From contig OY969100.1 in assembly GCA_963697895.1 (NCBI GenBank), positions 1,120,001 to 1,184,000 of the forward strand: 64,000 bases of DNA. Reading direction: 5' to 3'. The position numbers were made by a program, and so were the translations under genes. The notes beneath the pieces were generated by a model, which did no database searches, was not told the origin of the DNA, and saw only the letters and a list, made by a program, of their open reading frames with translations. Positions 38,890 through 50,682 of the stretch are shown one piece after another. The first letter of the stretch is position 1. Each line of letters begins with the position of its first letter. This DNA comes from an uncultured Methanomicrobiales archaeon. GTDB lineage: Archaea; Halobacteriota; Methanomicrobia; Methanomicrobiales; Methanospirillaceae.

Positions 38890-40296
38890 ATGACCGGGAA
38901 GAAGGTGCGGATGGAGTCCGACAGCATGGGGGGGATCGAGGTCCCTGCCGACCGGTACTGGGGAGCTGAGACGCAACGATCGCTGGTCCATTTTTCGATC
39001 GGGTCCGACCTGATCCCGGTCGAGATGATCCATGCGCTCGCCCTGATCAAGAAGGCCGCGGCACAGGCCAATCACGAACTGGGCACCCTTTCGGGAGAGA
39101 AAGCAGACCTGATCGCCCGGGCGGCCGACGAGGTGATCGGCGGGAAGCTCGACGACCATTTCCCGCTCCATGTCTGGATGACCGGGAGCGGTACCCAGTC
39201 GAACATGAACGTGAACGAGGTCATCTCCAACCGGGCGATCGAGCTCGCCGGCGGGGTGACGGGGAGCAAGAAACCGGTCCACCCGAACGACGACGTGAAT
39301 AAGTCGCAGTCGTCCAACGATGCGTTCCCGGCGGGGATGCACATCGCTACCGCCCTCCTCTTCAGGAACCGGCTGATCCCTGCCGTGAGATGCATGCGGG
39401 CCGACCTGGAGAAGAAAGCGAAAGCCTGGGATTCGATCGTCAAGATCGGCCGGACCCACCTGCAGGACGCGGTACCTCTCACCCTGGGGCAGGAGTTCTC
39501 GGGGTACGTGGCGATGCTCGACGAGGATATCGCACGCCTGGAGCGGTCCCTCGACGACCTGTACAAACTCGCGCTCGGCGGGACCGCGGTCGGGACCGGG
39601 TTGAACGCACCGGCCGGGTTCGACATACGGGTGGCAAAGAAGATCGCCCAGGAGACCGGGCTTCCGTTCGTCGCGGCACCGAACAAGTTTGCCCTGATCG
39701 GATCGCACGATGCGCTGGCCGCGGCCAGTGCGGCAGTGAAGGTCCTCGCGACGTCGCTCTACAAGATAGCGAACGATATCCGGCTCCTGGGCTGCGGGCC
39801 CCGGGCCGGCATTCACGAGCTGATCCTCCCGTCCAACGAGCCCGGCTCCTCGATCATGCCCGGCAAGGTGAACCCGACCCAGTGCGAGGCGATGGCGATG
39901 GTCGCCGTGCAGGTGATGGGGTACGATAGTGCCGTTTCCTTCGCCAACGCCGGCGGATATCTCGAGCTGAACGTGTACAAGCCGCTCATCATCTACAACA
40001 TCGTCCAGTCGGTCCGGATGATATCGGACAGCTGTGATGCCTTTACCAAGTACCTGCTGAAGGAGCTGCAGCCGGACAGGGAGCGGATCGATCGGTACCT
40101 GAAGGAATCCCTCATGCTCGTGACGGCGCTCTCCCCGGTGATCGGGTATGACAAGGCGTCAGAGCTGGCCCTCTATGCAGACAAGAATAACTGCACCCTG
40201 AAGGATGCAAATAACGCCCTGAAACTGGTCCCGGAGGAGGAATTCGACCGGATCGTGGATCCCTACAGGATGGCCTATCCCCATAAGGGGAAATAA
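38890..40296 (+). CDS. fumC: class II fumarate hydratase
   Basis: '[13 protein letters not shown]', '[10 protein letters not shown]' and '[15 protein letters not shown]'. Confidence 0.95.
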   Translation: MTGKKVRMESDSMGGIEVPADRYWGAETQRSLVHFSIGSDLIPVEMIHALALIKKAAAQANHELGTLSGEKADLIARAADEVIGGKLDDHFPLHVWMTGSGTQSNMNVNEVISNRAIELAGGVTGSKKPVHPNDDVNKSQSSNDAFPAGMHIATALLFRNRLIPAVRCMRADLEKKAKAWDSIVKIGRTHLQDAVPLTLGQEFSGYVAMLDEDIARLERSLDDLYKLALGGTAVGTGLNAPAGFDIRVAKKIAQETGLPFVAAPNKFALIGSHDALAAASAAVKVLATSLYKIANDIRLLGCGPRAGIHELILPSNEPGSSIMPGKVNPTQCEAMAMVAVQVMGYDSAVSFANAGGYLELNVYKPLIIYNIVQSVRMISDSCDAFTKYLLKELQPDRERIDRYLKESLMLVTALSPVIGYDKASELALYADKNNCTLKDANNALKLVPEEEFDRIVDPYRMAYPHKGK

Positions 40297-40433
40297 AATA
40301 TTTTACCGGGGAGAAATGCCGCAGTCCGGGCGGCGTGACGTTCCCCGCCCTGAAAAGATAAGAAAAGAAGTGTCACCGGGAGGAAAGGAAAAAGAATTAA
40401 TTCTCCCCATCGGTCCCGGTTTATTCAATCCGG

Positions 40434-40541
40434 TTATTTCTTTTCCTCAGGTTTCGCGGCTTCTTCTTCTTTTTTCTCTTCCTTGCCTTCTTTGCGTCCT
40501 TTCACGACTTTCACTGCAGCAACTTTACCTATTAGTCCCAT
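40434..40541 (-). CDS. 35-aa Lys/Glu-rich microprotein (not in ORF track)
   Basis: MGLIGKVAAVKVVKGRKEGKEEKKEEEAAKPEEKK*, preceded by the RBS caggagggaaactaa. Confidence 0.65.
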   Translation of the reverse strand: MGLIGKVAAVKVVKGRKEGKEEKKEEEAAKPEEKK

Positions 40542-40755
40542 TTAGTTTCCCTCCTGGCCCAATATCAGTTCGGGATCTGAATCCCGAAGTTGGCCTGTAG
40601 TGAAATACCTGTTTTCATTTATATACGTTTGGCACGGCGCAATCAATTGGTTCTGATCGGTAGATGCGTGGTACCACTCCACTCTAACCCGAACCGGGGA
40701 AGATTGATTAAAAAATTGAATGTATTCTGTAAGGGAGGGGCGTCCGGAATACCGG

Positions 40756-42379
40756 TCAAAACCCTTTTTCGAGCCCTTCGTCGATCGAAGACCTCTTCTC
40801 CCGGTTCAACGTCGCCACATAGTCCTCGAACTTGTGGATCCGGGTGCTCACCGGGAACGGGATGCCGATGGTGCTGATGATCGCCTCGCCCGCGGTCGAG
40901 GGTCTGGATCTCGATCTCCATCCGCGAGAGGTCCTGTTTTGCGCTCCCCATGATGATATCCCGGTCCCCGCGGTCCCCGAGGCCCATCACGACGAAGGTG
41001 TTGATCTGGGCGAGGACCTTCGGGTCGACGTTCTTCGGCTGCTGGGTGACGACGCAGAGCCCGACCCCGAACTTCCGCCCTTCCATGGCGCACTCCCGGA
41101 ATACCTGGGTGGAGGAGCCGCCGCTCGCGAGCACCCGCTGCGCCTCCTCGATCGTGATCAGCACCTGGTGAGATGCCTCCCGCCGGTCGTCGATCCCGAA
41201 GCCCCGTGCCTCGGACCGGTGTTTCTCCATGATCATGCGGGTGATGACCGAGAGGACGAAGAGTTCGCTCCGTTCGCTCATGTCCGGGATATCGATCAGG
41301 ACCACCCGGTTGTCGTGGAGGTTCGTGAGGATCTCGGGGACCGACGACCCCTGGGTCCGGAAGAAGGCCCGGTTTCCGTTGACGAGGTTCTCGATGTGGC
41401 TCTTGATGACCCGGACCGGCCCGCCCATGGAGTTCCGGATCTTCCAGGCGAGGCCGTCCTCCGTGATCCCGGCCGCTTCGGGATCCTTGATCGGGAATAT
41501 CTCGGGGTCGACCGTCTGGAAGAACTCGATGATCCTCTTCCCTTTCGTGCCGGAGAACGCCTCGACGATCTCGTGCTGGGCGGCAGAGAGGTCGTAGAGG
41601 ATCGAGAGGTCGCTGATCCTGAAGTCGTCGTACTCGAGGGAGAGCCGGTTCATCGCGTACTTCCGGCGGTCCTCCTCGCCCCGGATCGTAAAGATGGCGA
41701 GCCCGTCCTTTCCTTTCGTGTAGTGGACGAGGCCGTTCGTCGGCTCCCCCGTTGAGGACTTCCCGCCGCTCACGTATTCCCCGTGGGGATCGACGATCAG
41801 GAGCCCGAACTTCTGTTCCTTCATGCAGGACGCACAGAAGGTCTTCATGAAGTTGGACTTTCCCATCCCCGTCGTCGCAAAGACCCCCATGTGCTGGGGG
41901 AGGACCCGGCTCGGGATCCGGACCGCGACGTCCCGGATCACGTCCTGGCCGCTCCGCATCAGGCCGACCTCGATCTCGCCCATCTGCCGGGTCAGGAACC
42001 GGAAGTCCTCTGCCTCCGGGTCTTCGACGATCGAGAACTTCGAGGGGATCGTCCGGGGCTTGTGGAATGTCCCGTCCCCGTTGTCCACGAACCCCAGCGG
42101 GACCGCATCGACGGTGAAGAAGACGTCCTCGCCGAGGCCGTAGAACTCCTCCGCATACACCCGGGTGTCCCACCGGGTATCGGCGAAGTTGCTGTCGTGG
42201 GAGAGGTCGGTGATCTTTGCAAAGAACGTGACGTCCTTCGCCGGGTCTGTGATCTTCTTGATGTCCCCGATGTAGAGAGTGGCATCGTAGGGCGCAATGA
42301 ACCGGTACGCTAGCACGCTGCGCCCGATCAACCGGTACTTCGAAGGGTCCTTCCCGTCAATATCTTGCAAATTCATCAT
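40756..42379 (-). CDS. herA: HerA-family DNA translocase ATPase (frameshift near 40890)
   Basis: 'HMGVFATTGMGKS', 'DPHGEY', 'IEEAQR', 'EGRKFGVGL..TQQP'. The C-terminus EAIISTIGIPFPV...LEKGF* is in another frame. Confidence 0.88.
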
Positions 42380-43386
42380 GGTAATCTCCGAACAGGATAT
42401 CATAGGTCTGTCGTTCGATCCCCGTCCCGGCGATCCGCCGCATCAGGTCGGACCGGACCTGTTCCACGAGCTCCTCGGTGAGCACGACCGTGCGGTGGGC
42501 ATCGAAGAGGGGGAACGGGTACCCGGGGATCCGCCCGTCCCCGGAACAGGCCGCGAGACGGTCCATGATCCCCTGCACCCGTGCATCCGGTAGACCCGGG
42601 GGGAGTTCGATCTTCAGCGGGGACCGGGCACGCGGGTGCAGGCAGGCGATATACATCTGCCCGTGCTGCCACCGGGGGAACTGGGCGTGATCGAGGATGG
42701 CCGGGTCGATCCGGACCCACCAGGGGGCACGGATCTCCCGGGTGCTCTGCAAGCCCCTTGACGGAGGGGAGGACCGGGTGGCCGCCGCCCCAGGTCGCCG
42801 TCGTCCGCTTGCTCACCCCGGCGAGGTCGATGTCCCGGGCCCGGCAGGCCTCTTCGATCCGGACGAGCACCGGGTCGTGGCTCGCGTGGGAGACCCGCAA
42901 GGGACCGTCACGGAGGAGGAGGGCTCCCCGCTCGAGGTTTCCTGCCATCTGTTCGGCGATCCAGTACTCGAGCGTGTCCCGGAGGACCCCCGCCGTCCGG
43001 GTCCGGTCCTCGTTCCCGAGCGGGGTCCCCGGAGCCTCGCCGAAGCATTCACGGTACAGTTCGGGGAAGTCCCGGTTCTCCGCACCCGGGCCGATGATCG
43101 CGAACGTTAACGGCGAGAGAGACCTCCGGCCCCGTTTCCTCCCGTAAAAGGTGCTCTGGGCGGCCCGGAAGAGGACGAGTGCCATGCTCCCCGATTCGAT
43201 GAGGACGACGTTGGACCCGTCGACCGCACAGATCTCCCCGGACTCCTTCGGCGTGCAGGGGTGGAAATCTCCCGGGGATATCCCGCTCACGGCACCGAAC
43301 CGCTCGACCAGGTCCGCCGGGACCGTCTCCCGGATCCGGTTCGCAGCGGTGTCCACCGAACGGGCATAGTCCGGGTTATTTGGCAT
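42357..43386 (-). CDS. nurA: NurA nuclease (frameshift near 42745)
   Basis: 'AVDGS', 'LLRDGPL' and 'GVSKRT', then 'GYPFPLFDAH' in the second frame. Confidence 0.88.
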
Positions 43387-43514
43387 TTAAGCAACCTCCG
43401 TTATTCTGCAGGGGAGGGCGAAATCCGGGTCGTTAGTCATCACGCAACCTCCTTTACCCTGATTGCGGGGTCGTGACCCTGGTCTTCCGGCATCACGCAA
43501 CCTCCTTTACCCTG
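43387..43514 (-). repeat. triplicated rad50/nurA junction encoding two 17-aa micro-ORFs
   Basis: ggaggttgc(g/t)t(g/a)a..atg occurs three times with a 53-54 bp period; ORFs at 43440-43493 and 43387-43440. Confidence 0.8.
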
Positions 43515-45935
43515 CTTGCAAGGTCGCTCCCGATCTCGACCATGAGGGTGTTCGTGAACTCACCCTGCATCTCCGGGATGTGGGAGATCAGGACGATCTG
43601 GGGGAACCGGGACTCCTGTGTCCGCAGCGCGGTGAGGAGGTTTGTCCGCCGCTCCTCGTCCTGGCTCCCGAATATCTCGTCGAAGATGAGGAGCGTGCTC
43701 TCGTGCACCCGGTGGAGCTCCGCGAGGTACCGGGAGAGGGCGATCCGGAGGGCGACCGCGATATCGTCCTGTTCCCCGCCGCTGAACCGGTCGATCGGGT
43801 AGTCGTTGTCGATGTCCCGGACAAGGAGGTTGAAGTCCCCGTCGAGGAGGACCTGCTCGTACCGGCCCCCGGTGATCTCGCCGATGATCCGGCTCACTTC
43901 TCCCTCTATCCGGCTCCGGACGACCTGCATCAGGTAGAGCACGTACTCGCCGATGACCGTCCGGGTCAGCCGGAGGAGGTCGATCTCCTCTTTCAACGTC
44001 CCGACCTTCCGTTTCAGTCCGGCGATCTTTTCCTCGTCTCTCTCGTACTGGGCGATCTTCTCTCCGGTATGCCGGAGGCGTTCCGACGTCCTCGCGATCC
44101 CGGTCCCGACCGTACCGATGGCTGAATCTGTCTCCGCACGCAGTTGTTCGAGTCTCGCCCCGGCCTCCGGGTCGAAGGCGGACTGGTCGATCATGGCTTT
44201 GAGATGTACGAGTTCGCCCTGTTTCTCCGTTACCTGTCTGCCCAGGTCGGCGACCTGTGCCTTCAGCGCCGTACCGTGGGCGATCTGTTTCCCGAGCTCG
44301 ATGAAGCGTTTCTGGACCTTCTCCAGCCCGGCGACCTCCCGCTCTGTCTTCGTATACACCGCCTCGTCGTACCCGGTTTCGCGGATCCGGAGGCCGACGG
44401 ACTGCATCGCATCTTCCTTTGCCTGTAATTGTGCGAGCAGCTCCCGGAGATCGTCCTCAAGAACGGGCCTCGTCTTCAGCCTCTCGGAGATGCCCCGGAT
44501 CTCGTCGAGTGCCGGTTTCTGGTGGATAATCCGCTCCTTCTCGGCCGTCACAGCCTCCTGGTCCTCGAAGACCTGTAACCCCTCCTGCTCGATGCACTCG
44601 AGCCGGGAGGTAAACTCCTCCTCGATGCGGCCGAAATGGCTGCCGAGCGTCTGGCGGCAGAGGGGGCATACCCCGTCCTCCCCGGCGTCCTGTATCTTGT
44701 TCCAGTTGGCGAGCACCTTGTTCCTCTCGGAGACGAGCTGCTCCCGCCTTGCCGAGAGCGTCCCGATGGTGCCGAGGACCTCCGATTCCCTCGCCCGGAT
44801 CGCATGTTCCAGGCCGGTGTCCGGTACCCCGGGCCCGATCCCGAAGAGGCTCCTGATCCCCGCGAGCAGCGATGCGAGCCGTTCTTTGTCCCGGTCGAGG
44901 GCAGCGATCTTCGCCTTCTCCTTCTCCACCCTCGCGGTTAACGCGGCGCACTCCTGGCCGGCGAACCGCTGCTCGGCGGAGAGGCGCTCGAACTCCGCTT
45001 TTCGCCTCCGCAGTTCCTCGAGCGTCCGTTTCTTCTCTTCGCAGCCGGGAACTTCACGCTCGAGTTCCCGGTACTCCTGTTCCTTTCCGGCAAGGTCTGC
45101 CAGTTGTGCCGTAATCTGGTCCCGCTGCCGGACGAGTCCCCCGCTCTCGACCGTAACCGCCCGGTGCCATTCGACGAGACGGGTATACTCGGTCTTCTGC
45201 TCGAAGAACTGCTGCAGCCCGGCGGCGACCTGTTTTTTCTTCCCGTCGAGGGCTTCGTGCTGCTTCTCCAGCTCCCGGATCGCGGCCTGGTCCGTGGCGA
45301 CCGATGCCTGCAGGTTCTTCAGCACTTCGGGGTCCTGCCGCTCCGCGAGTCCTTTCAGTTCCCCTTCGAGGAGCTGGAGCTCCCGGTCCTTCGCATCGAC
45401 CCGCTCTTTCAGGAGCCTGTCACTCTCCGTCTTCAGGTAGTCGATACCGAGCGCCCGGAGGAACCATTCCTTCCGCTTTCCCGGGCGTGTTCTCGAGGAG
45501 GGTGAGGAGGTCTTTCTGGGCCGCATAGACCGTGTTCCGGAAATCGACCGGCCCCATCCCGAGCACCCGACGGACCTCGGTCTCCACCTGGCTCACCCCG
45601 GTCGCCCGGAGCTTCCCGCCCGCGTGAAACGTCGCGTCGTGCTGGGTCGCGGACTTCGTCTTCCGGAACGTCCGGAGGACCGTGTACTCGTCCCCGCCGA
45701 TCCGGAAGTCCAGCCGGACCTCGCACTTCTCCTTCGGGGACGCAAACGAGGAGACGATGTAATCCGAGGATATCCCCGTCGCCTGCACCCCATAGAGGGC
45801 AAAGAAGATCGCCTCCACGATACTGCTCTTCCCCGTCCCGTTATTCCCGAGGATTCCCGTGATCCCGTCCCTGAACCGGATCTCCTGGTCCCGGAACCGC
45901 TTGAAATTCTTGAGGCAGATCCGGTCGATGATCAT
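43493..45935 (-). CDS. rad50: Rad50/SbcC ATPase (frameshift near 45480)
   Basis: 'GNNGTGKSS', zinc hook 'CPLC', 'FSGGE' and 'LIFDEIFGSQD'; ATG overlaps the mre11 stop. Confidence 0.92.
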
Positions 45936-47107
45936 TCTGCATCCTCCCGGTGCTGGTCCATGACCGTCCGGAGCACGTCGAGGCCGCACCGTGCGACGTA
46001 CTCCTTCTGCTTCGCACTGATCTGCTGTTTCTCCAGGAAAGACGAGAACTCCTGCAGGTAATCGATCGCCCGCACGTCCTGCTGGAGCGGGACGACATCC
46101 CCGCCCTGATCCCGGGAAGGCTGACGGATCTTCAGGTCGAGGAGCTGTTCCCGCACGCAGGCAAGGTCCCGCATATCGATTCCCTTCCCGTGCTCCCGCG
46201 AGATCCCGTCGAGCGTCACCTGGGCCATCGCAAGCGGAGGCACTCTCTTTTCCGCGACCCGGGAGACGATCTCGGCGGTGATATCCTGCGGGTGCACCCC
46301 TTCGCAGGAGATCGTCCCCAGGTCGACCATCGGGGTCCGGGGGAGTTCGAGGGGGCGGACACCCGCAGGTCTCCGGCAGTTTTCACCCGGGGTGCACTTA
46401 TCCAGGTCGACGAGGAGACCGCCCTTCGCATCGGAGATCTCGCCGTAGGTCAGGTATTCCATCGACCCCGAGTACCAGGCATTGCCGGTGATCTGCGACT
46501 GCCGGTGGTAATGCCCGAGTGCGATATAGTCGAACCGGTCCGAGAGGATGGTATTGTCCAGCTCGTGCTCCGCCACCGTCGCGAGCCGCTTGTCCTTGAT
46601 CGCGGTCGCGAGCCCGTGCGTCACGAGCACGTTATGATGGTCCCGGGAGAGTTCGACCTGGTCGTACGCGGCCCGGTAATCCTCGGGCCGGAGCATGTTC
46701 GGGATCAGGTGGAAGACCGTATCCCCGATCTCCACGTTCTCGTACCGGAACGAGTAGGCCGCGGTGATATGCCCCGGATGATAGGTCAGCACGGCAAAGG
46801 GGGAGGTTGTGTACCGGGTCTTCACCATGCTGTGGTTCCCCGCGATGACCACGAACGGGATCCCCGCGTTATGGAGCCGTTCGAGCGCTTCGAGGACCGT
46901 CGTATATGCCCGGGTCTTCGGCTTCACCTGGTCGAAGAGGTCCCCTGCATGGACGAGCACGTCGGGTTTCTCTGCGATGATCCGCTCGATCGCCGAGAGA
47001 AAATTGTCATAGATCTGCTTCTCGCGGAGGTTCATCCCGGATTCCGGGTCGAGCCGGTTGAACTGCGAGAGGCCGAGGTGGGTATCGGCGATGTGGACGA
47101 CGTGCAT
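45932..47107 (-). CDS. mre11: Mre11/SbcD nuclease
   Basis: 'HIADTHLG', 'AGDLFD', 'IAGNH', 'THG' and 'YIALGHYH'. Confidence 0.93.
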   Translation of the reverse strand: MHVVHIADTHLGLSQFNRLDPESGMNLREKQIYDNFLSAIERIIAEKPDVLVHAGDLFDQVKPKTRAYTTVLEALERLHNAGIPFVVIAGNHSMVKTRYTTSPFAVLTYHPGHITAAYSFRYENVEIGDTVFHLIPNMLRPEDYRAAYDQVELSRDHHNVLVTHGLATAIKDKRLATVAEHELDNTILSDRFDYIALGHYHRQSQITGNAWYSGSMEYLTYGEISDAKGGLLVDLDKCTPGENCRRPAGVRPLELPRTPMVDLGTISCEGVHPQDITAEIVSRVAEKRVPPLAMAQVTLDGISREHGKGIDMRDLACVREQLLDLKIRQPSRDQGGDVVPLQQDVRAIDYLQEFSSFLEKQQISAKQKEYVARCGLDVLRTVMDQHREDAE

Positions 47108-47117
47108 CGGTAGTACT

Positions 47118-47165
47118 CTTGTATTGCTTTTGTCGGAGAGTGATATAAGCTGGGGTGGGTGGGGT
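47118..47165 (-). promoter_or_regulatory. putative mre11 promoter block
   Basis: TATA-like CTTATATC on the minus strand, about 35 nt upstream of the ATG; the block is duplicated at 59006-59052. Confidence 0.55.
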
Positions 47166-47312
47166 GAAACTGGTTCGCTGAAGAGGGTTTTTTTATTTCT
47201 TTACCATGAACAGACCCCATGCCAATTAAGACCGGATAACGGAGAAAGGACAGGATCATCCTCATCCCAATCGGGGAAAAAACTACTCTGTACACTCCGC
47301 AACTGAGTGCCT

Positions 47313-47422
47313 GATACACAGTTCGTTGTCGTGGAGGTCTCATCCCAGGTTTTCATCAGTCTCGTCCATCCTCATACCTCCTCCAGATAAACAGTTCTTT
47401 GTCGTGGAGGTCTCATTCCAGG
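47313..47422. repeat. two 37-bp direct repeats separated by 36 bp
   Basis: gatacacagttcgttgtcgtggaggtctcatcccagg (47313-47349) and gataaacagttctttgtcgtggaggtctcattccagg (47386-47422). Confidence 0.85.
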
Positions 47423-47638
47423 CCGTGCGCAGAATTCCATAAGGGTCACGTACCGCTCCTGGATCCCGGTCTCCCCCGGCGCTGTCACTGCTTTAATCCT
47501 GTTTCTTTGATTTTTGATCATTCCCTGCTTCACCGATAAGGCGGTAGATCATACCCGTCCCGGGCCGGAATTGCCCGGAACCGGTGGATCAATTTATGGG
47601 GAATTCACCCGAACACTCAGGAGATCGGGAGGGGATTC

Positions 47639-49072
47639 ATGGAACTGTATCCGGTCATCATCGGGGGATCCCGGACATACACCAAGGAGATCGCGGACGT
47701 GCGATTCCCGTTTACCGGTGAATTGTATGCCCGGGTCTGCCAGGCGGGTCCTGCCGAGCTGGACGAAGCGGTCGCGGCGGCGTGTCGGGGGTTTGAGAAA
47801 ACAAAGAGACTGTCATCATTCGAGCGTTCGCGGATCTTATCGAACCTTGCCGACGGGATTCGTGAGCGGTCCGATGAGTTGATCGACGTGATCGTGATGG
47901 AGGGGGGCAAGACCCGGAAATTTGCAGCAAGCGAGGTCACCCGGGCCGAGAGCACGGTCAGAATATCGGCCGAGGAGGCGAAACGGGTGACCGGGGAGAT
48001 CATCCCCCTCGACTGGACCGAGGATTCGCACGGTAAGGTGGGGTATCTTATGAGATTCCCGATCGGACCGGTACTCGGAATCGTTCCTTTCAATTACCCT
48101 CTTAACCTGGCCTGCCACAAGCTCGCCCCTGCGATCGCGGCAGGGAATTCCATCATTTTAAAGCCATCATCCGCCACCCCGGTTTCATGTCTCCTTCTGG
48201 GCGAGATGGCGCTCGCAGCGGGGGCGCCTCCGGAATCGATCAGCATCGTGCCCTGTATCGGCGAACGAGCCGAACGTCTTGCGGCTGATCCCCGGATTGC
48301 ATACCTCTCGTTCACCGGCAGCTGCGCGGTCGGCTGGCATTTACGGGAGATCGCAGGGAGGAAGAAGGTGGGCCTCGAGCTCGGCGGGAACGCGGCGGTG
48401 ATCGTGCACGAGGACGCCGACCTCGATCTCGCAGCGGGACGGATTGCAACGGGAGGATTCGCCAATGCCGGACAGGTCTGCATCTCGGTGCAGAGGGTAC
48501 TCATTCACCGCCCGGTGTACGAGTTCTTCGTCCTGAAGTGCCTTGAGGCGGTCAGGTCGCTCCGTACTGGCGACCCCCGGGACCCAGGATCCGATATCGG
48601 GCCGATGATCTCCCGGGAGAAGGCCAAAGAAGCACGGGAAAAGGTCGACGAGGCGGTCCGGCAGGGCGCCAGTCTCCTCGCGGGGGGGACGCGGGAAGGA
48701 AACCTCTTTGCGCCAACGGTCCTAGCCGGGACGACAGCGGAGATGCGGGTGAACCGAGAGGAGATCTTTGCTCCCGTCATTTCTCTCACCGTCTACGACG
48801 ACTTTTCCGAAGCACTCCGGATCGCGAATTCAGGAGACTATGGCCTCCAGGTCGGCATCTTCACGCAGAATATCGAACGGGTTATGCGTGCATTCGAGGG
48901 GATGGATGTCGGGGGTGTGATCGTGAACGATATCCCGACGTTCCGGGCCGATCACATGCCTTACGGCGGAGTCAAGGCCTCAGGCACCGGCCGGGAGGGG
49001 CCGCGGTACGCGATCGAGGAGATGACCGAGCCCCGGCTGATGGTGATAAACCGGGCCGGGTGCAGGGAGTGA
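47639..49072 (+). CDS. NAD(P)-dependent aldehyde dehydrogenase
   Basis: 'PFNYPL', 'SFTGS', 'LELGGNA', 'GQVCIS' and 'EEIFAP'. Confidence 0.93.
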   Translation: MELYPVIIGGSRTYTKEIADVRFPFTGELYARVCQAGPAELDEAVAAACRGFEKTKRLSSFERSRILSNLADGIRERSDELIDVIVMEGGKTRKFAASEVTRAESTVRISAEEAKRVTGEIIPLDWTEDSHGKVGYLMRFPIGPVLGIVPFNYPLNLACHKLAPAIAAGNSIILKPSSATPVSCLLLGEMALAAGAPPESISIVPCIGERAERLAADPRIAYLSFTGSCAVGWHLREIAGRKKVGLELGGNAAVIVHEDADLDLAAGRIATGGFANAGQVCISVQRVLIHRPVYEFFVLKCLEAVRSLRTGDPRDPGSDIGPMISREKAKEAREKVDEAVRQGASLLAGGTREGNLFAPTVLAGTTAEMRVNREEIFAPVISLTVYDDFSEALRIANSGDYGLQVGIFTQNIERVMRAFEGMDVGGVIVNDIPTFRADHMPYGGVKASGTGREGPRYAIEEMTEPRLMVINRAGCRE

Positions 49073-49299
49073 TCGCTCCGCCTCCGGATCATCGGAAGAA
49101 GGCAGGGACCATCCCGGGTCACCGGTGAAACAGGAAAGACCGGTGAGTGACAGAATGCAGGTAAGAGATATTCTGGCGCCTGATTTATATCCGGAAGGGT
49201 CCTCAAACAGAAAACATATATGTAAAGTCATGTAAAATATACTTTACATATTGTATGTTTCCGGGAGGATCCGATCCGGCGACAACAGGGTGTTTGGGT

Positions 49300-50671
49300 A
49301 TGAAAATCGCATCTTCTCTCATCTGTCTCGTGCTTCTCATCTCATGCGTGGCGTTCGCAACGGCAGCCGACACGACAGCGGGCACGAGTTCCAGTACCAG
49401 TACCACTTCCAGTACTGAAGCCGCCCTGGCAGCAGCATCCCAGGTATATGTCTCGGGGGTCGAACTCGATCCACCGGTATTCTACCCCGGTGAACCCGGC
49501 ACGATCACGGTCCACGTGACGAATGCCGGTACCCAGACCGTTACCCTCGGGGATCCGGCCATCATCGATCCGAACCTGAAGGTGTACACCAAAAATTCGT
49601 TCCAGGCCAAAACAAATATCGGACCGGGATCTACCGTGAATTTTATTTTTCTTGCCACCGTGAACGCAGGAGAGGGCAAGAACACCTATTTCCCGTTCTT
49701 TACCGTTTCCCCCACGGTCGGGGACTCCATTCACGCCTCATTCAAACTCGTGATCCGATTCCCGGGAGATCCAGGCGAGCATCTCGAGTAAACCGGATGC
49801 ATTTACCCTTTCAAATCCCGGGACGGTCAACCTGAGCATCGTGAATCCCCGTGACGGTGCGTTGAAGAACATCATGATCACCGCGGAAGGTCCCGGCCTC
49901 CAGGTATCCCCGTCGAAAAAATTTGTCAGTTCCCTGGATGCAAGTGAGGCCGTCGAACTGCCCTTCTCGGTCACTCCCGACCCAGGAATCGGATCTCACC
50001 TTCACGATAAGTTACCAGGGAGGCGATACGACCCATTCGACCGAGGTTGTCCTCCCCGATCACCCTCGGCGACGATAAAACGGCTGCGGTGCCGGTGATC
50101 AACAATGTCGCGCTCACCTCCCGGGGGACCTATTATGATATCACCGGGGACGTGACGAATGCCGGCATATCGGATGCAAAAGGCCTCGTCATCGTGGTCG
50201 GTTCTCCGGCCGAAGGAACGGGAAAATACCCGGAATATGCGATAGGCAGCCTTGCAGCGGATGACTCCTCCAGCTTCGAACTGACCTTCACGGCCCCGGA
50301 TCTCTCGCGGGTCCCGATCGTCCTCCACTGGAAGGATAGTTACGGGAATAACTATGCCGCGAACAAGACGCTCGACCTCCGATCGGATACCGCTTCGTCC
50401 GGCGCAACTGCCGGGACTTCGGTATCCTCCGGGAGGACTTCCGGGAATACGTCCGGTACATACTTATACCGGCCCCGGGGGAAATACGCCGGGAAGGGCC
50501 CCCGGGAGCGGAAGCATTCTCGGGATCGGCGGGAGCAGGGGGAACGGCATGAGCGCCTTTTACCCGGTCATTGCGGGAGGGGTCATCCTTGTCGTCGCGA
50601 TCGTCCTCTATGTGAAACGGAAACCGATCAAGGCAAAGATCGCCGGCATGAAACGGAAACCGAACCAGTGA
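49300..50671 (+). CDS. COG1361-like S-layer/surface protein (several frameshifts)
   Basis: Signal peptide, Ig-like repeats ('V.VTNAG', 'GDVTNAG', 'IGSL..DD.SSFELTF') and a C-terminal TM; split across four ORF-track frames. Confidence 0.75.
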
Positions 50672-50682
50672 CGGGTTTCAGA

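Noticed and set aside
40643-47107. HerA/NurA or SbcCD as a novel defence system
   Set aside because: Gene content matches the conserved archaeal mre11-rad50-nurA-herA repair cluster, with host-like base composition.
47151-47165. G-rich ggggtgggtgggg as a G-quadruplex
   Set aside because: Only three G tracts are present, which is insufficient for a canonical intramolecular quadruplex.
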